A DNA stretch of 40,418 nt, from assembly GCA_964343105.1 (NCBI GenBank), contig CAYFHV010000002.1, positions 1 to 40,418 of the forward strand. Direction: 5' to 3'. Every line of letters starts with the position of its first letter. Within the stretch, counting starts at the first letter, position 1. The notes beneath the pieces are model-generated. The model saw only the letters and a program-made list of their open reading frames with translations, did no database searches and was not told the origin of the DNA. Shown here one piece after another: positions 33,522-40,418 of this stretch. The position numbers were made by a program, and so were the translations under genes. The stretch comes from an uncultured Planctomycetia bacterium (lineage in GTDB: Bacteria; Omnitrophota; Gorgyraeia; 1-14-0-20-64-10).

Positions 33522-34442
33522 GTGGGGCCCACCGGCGTCGGCAAGAGCGATGTTGCCGTGGCGATCGCGCGGCAGATTCCCTCCTCCGCCGGAGGCGGAT
33601 TCGCCTCTGGTGCGGAGATCGTCGTAGTTGATTCCATGCAGGTTTACCGCGGGATGGACGTCGGGACCAGCAAACCCCCGGCCTCGATTCGGCAGGAGAT
33701 CCCGCACCATGGGCTGGACCTGGCCGATCCGGAGGAGGAATTCGATGTGGCCCGCTACGTCCGGTCCGTTCGGCCCCATCTGGAGGAGATCCGCGGACGG
33801 GGCCGGCTGCCGCTCCTGGTGGGTGGTTCCGGCCTCTACCTGCGCGCCCTGCTGGATGGGCTCTGCGAGGCGCCGGGAGGGAATGCGCTGCTGCGGGAGG
33901 AGCTTCTGGTGGAGGGAGCCCGTGCGGGATCGGAGAAGCTGCATGCCCGGCTGCAAGCGGTGGATCCGGAGGCGGGTACGAGGATCCACCCCAACGATCT
34001 CCGGAGGATCGTGCGCGCCCTGGAGGTGTTTCTTGCGACGAGCAAGCCGATGACCGTTTGGCAGAAGGAGACCCCTCGGCCTTTCGATCCGGGCAGCGCG
34101 ATCCGGATGATAGGGCTGACGGCCGACCGGGACTGGCTTTACCGCAGGGTGGAGGAGCGGGTGGATCGGTGGCTGGAGGGGGGATGGCTGGAGGAGGCGC
34201 GGCGCCTGTCGGCCAGCCCCCTGAGCCGGACCGCCCGGGCAGCGCTCGGCTACGGAGAGCTGTTCGATTTCCTGGAGGGGATGCTCGACTGGGCCGAGAC
34301 GCGCCGCCGGATCCATCAGCGGAGCCGGCGGTACGCCAAGCGCCAATGGGCCTGGTTCCGGCAGGATCAGAGGATCGTCTGGGTGCAGGCGGGGCAGCGC
34401 CCTGCGGAGGAGGTCGCGGAGAGGATCCTCTCCTCGGCGTAA
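33522..34442 (+). CDS. miaA: tRNA dimethylallyltransferase
   Basis: P-loop GPTGVGKS, DSMQVYRGMDVGTSKP and LVGGSGLYLRALLDG. The true start is probably upstream of GTG 33522 (in-frame ...TELLAIV precedes it). Confidence 0.88.
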   Translation: MGPTGVGKSDVAVAIARQIPSSAGGGFASGAEIVVVDSMQVYRGMDVGTSKPPASIRQEIPHHGLDLADPEEEFDVARYVRSVRPHLEEIRGRGRLPLLVGGSGLYLRALLDGLCEAPGGNALLREELLVEGARAGSEKLHARLQAVDPEAGTRIHPNDLRRIVRALEVFLATSKPMTVWQKETPRPFDPGSAIRMIGLTADRDWLYRRVEERVDRWLEGGWLEEARRLSASPLSRTARAALGYGELFDFLEGMLDWAETRRRIHQRSRRYAKRQWAWFRQDQRIVWVQAGQRPAEEVAERILSSA

Positions 34443-34443
34443 G

Positions 34444-35703
34444 ATGGAAAAGGCCTTCCTGGTGAATGTGGAGATCCGGGAGAGGAGGCAGCGCAGCGGC
34501 TGGCCGCAGGCGGAGACCGCCGCGGAGCTGCGTGAGTTGGCCCGCTCAAGCCGCCTGGAAGTCCTGGAGGAGGTCACGGTGCGGCGCAATCGCGCGACCG
34601 CGGCGCTCCTGATCGGGAAGGGCAAGGGCGAGGAGATCCATTCCCGGTGCCATGCGTCCGGAGCGGAGGCGGTTGTGTTCGGGAAGGATCTGAGCTCCGC
34701 GCAGCAGAGGAACCTGGAGGACCTTCTGGGAGTCAAGGTGATCGACCGAACGCAGCTGATCCTGGACATCTTTGCCCGCCGGGCGAATTCGCAGGAGGGA
34801 CGGGTGCAGGTGGAGCTGGCCCAGCTGGAGTATCTGCTCCCGCGGCTGGCAGGCAAGGGGATCCTGCTGTCGCGGCTGGGAGGCGGAATCGGGACACGGG
34901 GCCCGGGAGAGCAGAAGCTGGAGGTGGACCGCCGCCGGATCCGCGTGAGGATCGGACGGCTGCGCCAGGAGCTGCAGGAGATCCGGGAGCGCAGAGAGAT
35001 TGCCCGGCGCAAGAGGGAGAAGGAGGCGATTCCTTCCATCGCGATCATCGGGTACACCAACGCCGGCAAGAGCAGTCTGCTCAACGCCCTCACGCAGGCG
35101 GGGGCGCAAGCGAGGGACGAGCTCTTCACGACCCTGGACCCTCTGACACGACGGTTACGGTTGCCGAGCCATCAGCAGATCCTGCTGACCGACACGGTCG
35201 GCTTCTTGAGGGAGCTGCCGCATCACCTGGTGGATGCGTTCCGTGCGACGCTGGAGGAGGTGACCCAGAGCGATCTCCTCCTGCACGTGCTGGACGCATC
35301 CGGTTCACTCCCTGAGGAGAGGGCCTCTGCGGTGCGGGAGGTCCTCGAGCTTCTGGGGGCTGAGGGGAAGCCCATTGTGCTGGCCCTGAACAAGGTGGAC
35401 CTGCTGGGCCCGGAGGAGAGACGGGGGGCGAGTCGGCGCTTCCCGGAAGGGGTTGCGGTTTCGGCGGCGACCGGGGAAGGATTGGATCATCTGGTGGGGC
35501 GGATCGACAGCCTGCTCGCCAGCCGGCTGGAGGAGGCGCTCATCCGGCTTCCTCCGGCTCAGGGCGCATGGCTCACGCGAATCTACAAGGAAGGCCAGGT
35601 CCTCCATCGGCGTGACGGCGAGGAAGCTGTGGAGCTCAGGGCACGACTGCCGCACCGTCTGTTGGGTCAGCTGGCTAAGGCCGGACTCCTGTCGGGGAAC
35701 TGA
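34444..35703 (+). CDS. hflX: GTPase HflX
   Basis: HflX N-terminal domain, G-domain IAIIGYTNAGKSSLLNALT, DTVGF and NKVD. Confidence 0.92.
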   Translation: MEKAFLVNVEIRERRQRSGWPQAETAAELRELARSSRLEVLEEVTVRRNRATAALLIGKGKGEEIHSRCHASGAEAVVFGKDLSSAQQRNLEDLLGVKVIDRTQLILDIFARRANSQEGRVQVELAQLEYLLPRLAGKGILLSRLGGGIGTRGPGEQKLEVDRRRIRVRIGRLRQELQEIRERREIARRKREKEAIPSIAIIGYTNAGKSSLLNALTQAGAQARDELFTTLDPLTRRLRLPSHQQILLTDTVGFLRELPHHLVDAFRATLEEVTQSDLLLHVLDASGSLPEERASAVREVLELLGAEGKPIVLALNKVDLLGPEERRGASRRFPEGVAVSAATGEGLDHLVGRIDSLLASRLEEALIRLPPAQGAWLTRIYKEGQVLHRRDGEEAVELRARLPHRLLGQLAKAGLLSGN

Positions 35704-35721
35704 AGCAGCCGAATGAAGTCA

Positions 35722-35749
35722 TTGACAGAGCAAATGATCGTGGTAGACT
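35722..35749 (+). promoter_or_regulatory. sigma-70-type promoter of the hrcA operon
   Basis: TTGACA (35722-35727), a 16-nt spacer, then TAGACT (35744-35749). Confidence 0.6.
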
Positions 35750-35757
35750 TAAGGCAG

Positions 35758-35784
35758 TTAGCACTCCAGCATCAAGAGTGCTAA
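35758..35784 (+). promoter_or_regulatory. CIRCE operator (HrcA binding site)
   Basis: TTAGCACTC-cagcatcaa-GAGTGCTAA is a perfect match to the CIRCE consensus TTAGCACTC-N9-GAGTGCTAA. It lies 9 nt upstream of the hrcA ATG. Confidence 0.92.
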
Positions 35785-35793
35785 TAGTCTAAA

Positions 35794-36825
35794 ATGAACA
35801 GTCGCGAAAGAAACCATAAGATCCTTCAGGCTATCATCCTTACCTACGCGGAGTTCGGAGCCCCGGTAGGTTCGGAGTTCCTCCTGGAGAGGTATCCGCT
35901 TGGAGTGAGCTCTGCGACGATCAGGAACGTGATGGCGGAGCTCGAAGAACAGGGGCTCCTCACGCATCCGCACACCTCGGCAGGGAGGGTCCCGACTGAC
36001 CAGGGATACCGGTACTACGTGGATCTGCTGATGGAGAGAGACCGGGTCGGGGGGGAGGACGAGGAACGGATCGGGCGGCTTCAGGAATCGAGGGAGCGGG
36101 AGCCGGCGGATTTGCTGGAGGAGGCCTCGGCAATCCTTTCGGAGATGACGCAGAAGGCGGGAGTCGCTCTTGTGCCTCAGCTCCTGCACGGCTCTTTCCG
36201 GAGGATGGAGCTGATTCCGCTGGGACCGAGGGAGATGGTGGCGGTTCTGGTCTCGGGGGAGGGAATGGTGAGGCACGCCGTTTGGGAGCTGGAGGAAGCT
36301 GCTGGCGCGGAGGAGCTGGAAGCGCTGGTCGGCTTCCTTCAGAGAGAGCTGGAGGGGATGCCGCTCGCGCAGGCGGCGGAGGGCCTCCGGGCGGGAATTC
36401 AGGAGGCCGCTCAGCCGCACCTCGATCGGTGGAAGGATTCAACCGAGGTGGGACGCCTGGTGACTGCGCTGTTCCAGGAGGAGCCCTCGGTGGTTCTCGA
36501 GGGGACGAGCTGGATCCTGGAGGCGCCGGAATTCAGGGATGTGGCGCGGACGCGCAGGCTCCTGAAGGGGCTGGAGAGCAAATCGGAGCTCATCGGAATC
36601 CTCCAGCGGGACCTGTGGGCGGACGACGTGAAGCTCCACATCGGTTCGGAGAACCGGGGCACCTCGCTGGTCGATTGCAGCATCGTCGCCGCGCCGTACC
36701 GATTGAGGGGCGGGATGGTGGGGACGATCGGTGTGCTGGGGCCGACCCGGATGGATTATCCCCGGGTGACCGGCCTTGTCCAGAGGATGGGACAGTGTCT
36801 GACTCAGCTTCTTCAGGACCGCTGA
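35794..36825 (+). CDS. hrcA: heat-inducible transcription repressor HrcA
   Basis: N-terminal winged-helix GAPVGSEFLLERYPLGVSSATIRNVMAELEEQGLLTHPHTSAGRVPTDQGYRYYVD. Confidence 0.93.
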   Translation: MNSRERNHKILQAIILTYAEFGAPVGSEFLLERYPLGVSSATIRNVMAELEEQGLLTHPHTSAGRVPTDQGYRYYVDLLMERDRVGGEDEERIGRLQESREREPADLLEEASAILSEMTQKAGVALVPQLLHGSFRRMELIPLGPREMVAVLVSGEGMVRHAVWELEEAAGAEELEALVGFLQRELEGMPLAQAAEGLRAGIQEAAQPHLDRWKDSTEVGRLVTALFQEEPSVVLEGTSWILEAPEFRDVARTRRLLKGLESKSELIGILQRDLWADDVKLHIGSENRGTSLVDCSIVAAPYRLRGGMVGTIGVLGPTRMDYPRVTGLVQRMGQCLTQLLQDR

Positions 36826-37337
36826 AGGCGGAGAAGAAGAGCCCGGAGCATAAGGCGGACCCGCAGGAGGAGATCCGGCGGATGCGGGACCAGATGCTCC
36901 GGCTTCAGGCGGACTTCGAGAACGCGAGGAAGCGGTGGGTCAAGGAGCACGCCGAGATTCAGGAAACCGCAAACGCCGATCTGGTCCGGCAGCTCCTGGA
37001 GGTCTTGGACGATCTGGGCCGCGCACTCTCCTCCGGGGGGGAGGCCTCGACGGAGGCAGGGGGCTTCCGCAAGGGGGTGGAGATGATCCACCGGCGGCTC
37101 GAGGAGCTGCTGGAGTCGTACGGGCTGACCGCCATAGAAGCGGTGGGGCAGCCGTTCGATCCCACCCGGCACGAGGCGGTGGCCCATGAGGTCAGCGATT
37201 CGGTTCCGGAGTCCACGGTGATCGCGGAGCTCAGGCGGGGTTACGTCATGAACGGGAGGGTGCTTCGCCCTTCGGTGGTCAAGGTATCTGTGCGTGAGAA
37301 AGGAGGTTCGTCGGATGGCAAGGGCAATCGGGATTGA
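36795..37337 (+). CDS. grpE: nucleotide exchange factor GrpE
   Basis: [21 protein letters not shown] and [19 protein letters not shown] 36795 is chosen as the start. The ORF-track start 36282 lies inside hrcA in another frame. Overlaps the dnaK start by 23 nt. Confidence 0.82.
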   Translation: MSDSASSGPLKAEKKSPEHKADPQEEIRRMRDQMLRLQADFENARKRWVKEHAEIQETANADLVRQLLEVLDDLGRALSSGGEASTEAGGFRKGVEMIHRRLEELLESYGLTAIEAVGQPFDPTRHEAVAHEVSDSVPESTVIAELRRGYVMNGRVLRPSVVKVSVREKGGSSDGKGNRD

Positions 37338-39210
37338 TCTGGGGACATCCAACTCAGCGGCGGCAGTGGTGGAGGGCGGGCGGCCGGTGATCATCCCCTC
37401 CGCGGAGGGGATGACGGTGGGGGGCAAGGCGTTCCCCTCGTACGTGGCCTTCACCAAGGACGGCCAGCGGCTGGTGGGGGAGCCGGCCCGGCGGCAGGCG
37501 GCGGTGAACCCGGAGGGGACGGTTCTGGCCGCCAAGAGGAAGATGGGGACGGACCACCTGTTCCGCATTCATGGCAAGGATTACACCCCGCAGCAGATCT
37601 CGGCCTTCATCCTGCAGAAGATCCGGCAGGATTCGGAGGCGTTCCTCAACAGCCCGATCACGGAGGCGGTCGTCACGGTGCCCGCGTACTTCAACGACAA
37701 CCAGAGGCAGGCGACGAAGGACGCCGGGGAGATCGCGGGACTGAAGGTGCTGCGCATCATCAACGAGCCGACGGCGGCCTGCCTGGCGTACGGCCTCGAC
37801 AAGGCGGAGCAGGAGCAGAAGATCCTGGTGTTCGACCTGGGAGGGGGCACCCTCGACGTGACGATCATGGAGATGTACTACGTTAAGGAAGAGAAGACCT
37901 CCGGTTTCGAGGTGCTGTCCACCAGCGGCGACACGCAGCTGGGCGGCACCGATATGGACAACGCCCTCATTGACCACGTCGCGGCGGAGTTCAAGCGGGA
38001 GACCGGGATCGATCTCCGGAACGACCGGATGGCGCACCAGAGGGTCCGGGAGGCGGCGGAGAAGGCGAAGATCGAGCTCTCGAACGTGCTCCAGACCGAT
38101 CTGAACCTGCCCTTCATCACGGCGGATGCGAGCGGCCCGAAGCACCTGACGATGGCGATCACGCGGGCGAAGCTGGAGGAGCTGATCCAGCCGATCATCG
38201 AACGGTGCCGCCACCCGCTGGAGCAGGCGCTGGCGGATGCGAAGCTCACCGCCGGCGGGATCGGCAAGGTGATCCTGGTCGGCGGGCCCACGCGGATGCC
38301 GATGGTCCAGAAATTCGTCGAGGAGCTGGTGGGTTCGAAGAAGGTGGTTCGTGGGATCGACCCGATGGAGTGTGTCGCGATGGGGGCGGCCATCCAGGCG
38401 GCGGCGCTCAAGGGGGAGATCAAGGACATCCAGCTCTTGGACGTGACCCCGCTTTCGCTGGGGATCGAGACCCTGGGAGGGGTGTTGACCCAGCTCATTG
38501 AGCGCAACACCACGATCCCGACGCGGAAATCGCAGGTTTTCTCCACGGCGGAGGACAGCCAGCCGGCGGTCACGGTCCGGGTGCTGCAGGGGGAACGCCC
38601 GATGGCCAGCGACAACGTGGAGCTGGGGCGGTTCGACCTGGTCGGGATCCCGCCGGCCCCGCGCGGTATCCCGCAGATCGAGGTCACCTTCGACATCGAC
38701 GCAAACGGGATCGTGCACGTCTCCGCCAAGGACAGGGGGACCGGCAAGGAGCAATCGATGCGGATCACCGCTCCCCGGAAGCTGGACAAGTCCGAGATCG
38801 ACCGGATGGTCCAGGAGGCCCAGAGGTTTGCCCAGGAGGATCAGCGCCGGAAGGAAGCCGTGGAGCTGAAGAACCAGGCCGACACGCTGGCCTACACCAC
38901 GGAGCGGGCGCTGAAGGAGTTCGGCGACAAGGTGCCGGCGGGTGACCGCGCTCAGGTGGAGGAGAAGCTCAAGCAGCTGAGGGAGGCGCTGAAGGGCTCG
39001 GACTCTGCGGCGGTCCAGCGGGCGATGGAGGAGCTCACGCGGGCCTCCCACAAGCTGGGGGAGGAGGTGTACAAGGCCGCCGCGGCCAAGGGGCAGGCAG
39101 GGGCCCAGCCGGGCGCGAACGGGCCGACCGGCGGTTCCGAGAAGAAGTCCGAGCAGGGCAAGGAGGATGTCATCGACGCCGAATTCAAGGCCGACGACGA
39201 AAAGAAATAG
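37315..39210 (+). CDS. dnaK: molecular chaperone DnaK (Hsp70)
   Basis: [30 protein letters not shown] and the C-terminal lid. GAAAGGAGG SD lies before ATG 37315. Confidence 0.95.
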   Translation: MARAIGIDLGTSNSAAAVVEGGRPVIIPSAEGMTVGGKAFPSYVAFTKDGQRLVGEPARRQAAVNPEGTVLAAKRKMGTDHLFRIHGKDYTPQQISAFILQKIRQDSEAFLNSPITEAVVTVPAYFNDNQRQATKDAGEIAGLKVLRIINEPTAACLAYGLDKAEQEQKILVFDLGGGTLDVTIMEMYYVKEEKTSGFEVLSTSGDTQLGGTDMDNALIDHVAAEFKRETGIDLRNDRMAHQRVREAAEKAKIELSNVLQTDLNLPFITADASGPKHLTMAITRAKLEELIQPIIERCRHPLEQALADAKLTAGGIGKVILVGGPTRMPMVQKFVEELVGSKKVVRGIDPMECVAMGAAIQAAALKGEIKDIQLLDVTPLSLGIETLGGVLTQLIERNTTIPTRKSQVFSTAEDSQPAVTVRVLQGERPMASDNVELGRFDLVGIPPAPRGIPQIEVTFDIDANGIVHVSAKDRGTGKEQSMRITAPRKLDKSEIDRMVQEAQRFAQEDQRRKEAVELKNQADTLAYTTERALKEFGDKVPAGDRAQVEEKLKQLREALKGSDSAAVQRAMEELTRASHKLGEEVYKAAAAKGQAGAQPGANGPTGGSEKKSEQGKEDVIDAEFKADDEKK

Positions 39211-39213
39211 CGC

Positions 39214-40332
39214 ATGCCGGTAGCGAAGCGGGATTACTACGAGGTGCTGGGTGTCTCGCGGGGGGCTTCCGCCGACGAGGTCAAGCAGGCGTTCCGCCGC
39301 TTGGCGCTCAAGTACCATCCCGACCGCAACTCGTCGAACAAGCAAGAGGCCGAGGAGCGCTTCAAGGAGATCTCGGAGGCGTACGAGGTGCTGGGGGATG
39401 CGCAGAAGCGGACAACCTACGACCAGTACGGCCACGAAGGGCTCTCGGGAGCGTTCCGGCACGGCAACTTCAGCTGGGAGGACTTTTCCCATTTTGAGGA
39501 TCTCAGCGACCTGTTCGGGGGGAGTCTGGAGGATCTGTTCAGCTCTTTCGGGCTGGGAGGCCTCTTTGGGCTGCGCGGACGGGGAGGGGGCCGGGGAACC
39601 GGCCGCGACGGGGCGGATCTGGAGTACGTCCTGGATTTGGAGCTCAAGGACGTGCTTCAGGGGAGCGAGCACGGCATCCAGTTCCGCAGGAGGGAGCTTT
39701 GCCGCGACTGCGGAGGAAGGGGGACGAGGAGGGCGGATGGACGTCAGCCCTGCCCGGACTGCCAGGGGACCGGCCAGAGGAGATTCACGCAGGGCTTTTT
39801 CACGATGGCCACCCCGTGCTCCCGCTGTCAGGGGGAGGGAGAGATCCTGAAGGACGCCTGCCCTTCCTGCCGGGGCGAGGGCCTGGCCTCCGCGGAGCGG
39901 AAGCTGACGGTCAAGGTGCCGGCGGGGGTGGACTCGGGGATGCGATTGAAGCTCTCGGGAGAGGGAGAGGCGGGGTTGAGAGGTAGTGCGCGGGGAGACC
40001 TCTACGTCCTCATCCGGGTCAAGCGCCACGAGTTCCTCCGCCGCGATGGGAATGATCTCACCTGTGAGATGCCGATCCGGATGACCCAGGCGGCGCTGGG
40101 CTGCGAGGTGGAGGTTCCGACGCTGACCGGCCCGGTCTCCATGAAGATACCGGCCGGAACGCAGCCGGGCCAGCTCTTCCGATTGAGGGGAAGGGGGGTG
40201 CCGTCCCTTCGGGGCGGCGGGCGAGGGGATCTGCTCGTCCGCTTGCAGGTGGAGATCCCGGCGCGGCTCTCCCCGGCGGAGAGGAAACGGCTTGAAGAAT
40301 TCGATCATCTAGGCGATAAGGGAGGCGATTGA
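39214..40332 (+). CDS. dnaJ: molecular chaperone DnaJ
   Basis: J domain with HPD (KYHPDRN), a G/F-rich linker and four CxxCxGxG zinc-finger repeats. Confidence 0.95.
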   Translation: MPVAKRDYYEVLGVSRGASADEVKQAFRRLALKYHPDRNSSNKQEAEERFKEISEAYEVLGDAQKRTTYDQYGHEGLSGAFRHGNFSWEDFSHFEDLSDLFGGSLEDLFSSFGLGGLFGLRGRGGGRGTGRDGADLEYVLDLELKDVLQGSEHGIQFRRRELCRDCGGRGTRRADGRQPCPDCQGTGQRRFTQGFFTMATPCSRCQGEGEILKDACPSCRGEGLASAERKLTVKVPAGVDSGMRLKLSGEGEAGLRGSARGDLYVLIRVKRHEFLRRDGNDLTCEMPIRMTQAALGCEVEVPTLTGPVSMKIPAGTQPGQLFRLRGRGVPSLRGGGRGDLLVRLQVEIPARLSPAERKRLEEFDHLGDKGGD

Positions 40333-40375
40333 GCGATGCCGACCGATTCGAGCGCAGCGAGAATCGAGGGGTGTT

Positions 40376-40403
40376 GGCGAGGGGGGCCGCCCCTCGCCTC
40401 TTT
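40376..40403 (+). terminator. rho-independent terminator candidate after dnaJ
   Basis: GGCGAGGGG-ggccg-CCCCTCGCC is a 9-bp G+C stem (40376-40398) followed by tcttta. An AAGGAGG SD for the next gene follows. Confidence 0.55.
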
Positions 40404-40418
40404 AAGGAGGGTGGAACC

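Noticed and set aside
1-40418. A search for CRISPR arrays, tRNA/rRNA genes, transposases and integrases.
   Set aside because: I found no regularly spaced short direct repeats, no tRNA-like cloverleaf or GTTCGAATC-type T-arm in intergenic DNA, no rRNA-like sequence, and no DDE or tyrosine/serine recombinase motifs in any sizeable ORF.

Overview
This is a high-G+C bacterial chromosome segment, almost entirely coding on the + strand. I saw no rRNA, tRNA or CRISPR array. All functional calls come from motif recognition by eye, since no database search or computation was possible.

Core content, in order:
- DJ-1/PfpI protein, glycerol catabolism (glpK and a short glpD), a YfcH-like epimerase (- strand), an MFS transporter, a Zn-ADH-family oxidoreductase, Mrp/ApbC, a TusA-like protein and an ABC-2 exporter pair.
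- An ~8.8 kb co-directional redox cluster: a thioredoxin-like-ferredoxin/peroxiredoxin fusion, a NuoB-C-D triple fusion, NuoI, NuoA and NuoH (no other nuo genes in the window), a Rieske ferredoxin, a 7Fe-type ferredoxin, a siroheme sulfite/nitrite reductase and a ThiO-like flavoprotein.
- A lipoate-protein ligase (- strand) divergent from aceE-aceF-lpd, followed by an extended-SDR sugar epimerase.
- The window ends with miaB, a SPOR/TPR protein, miaA, hflX and a CIRCE-controlled hrcA-grpE-dnaK-dnaJ operon.

From about 24.95 to 31.39 kb the G+C content visibly drops. This accessory island holds a CDF transporter, orphan ORFs, two type II toxin-antitoxin (TA) pairs (Phd/YefM-VapC and DUF433-DUF5615), an aquaporin and three small membrane-protein ORFs. 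It also holds two dispersed repeat families (R1 and R2) that bracket both TA pairs in the same order.

The two leads most worth a second look:
1. A six-subunit complex I core with no N-module or antiporter-like subunits, embedded among ferredoxins and a sulfite/nitrite reductase.
2. The repeat-framed TA cassette architecture and the uncharacterised ORFs of the low-G+C island.
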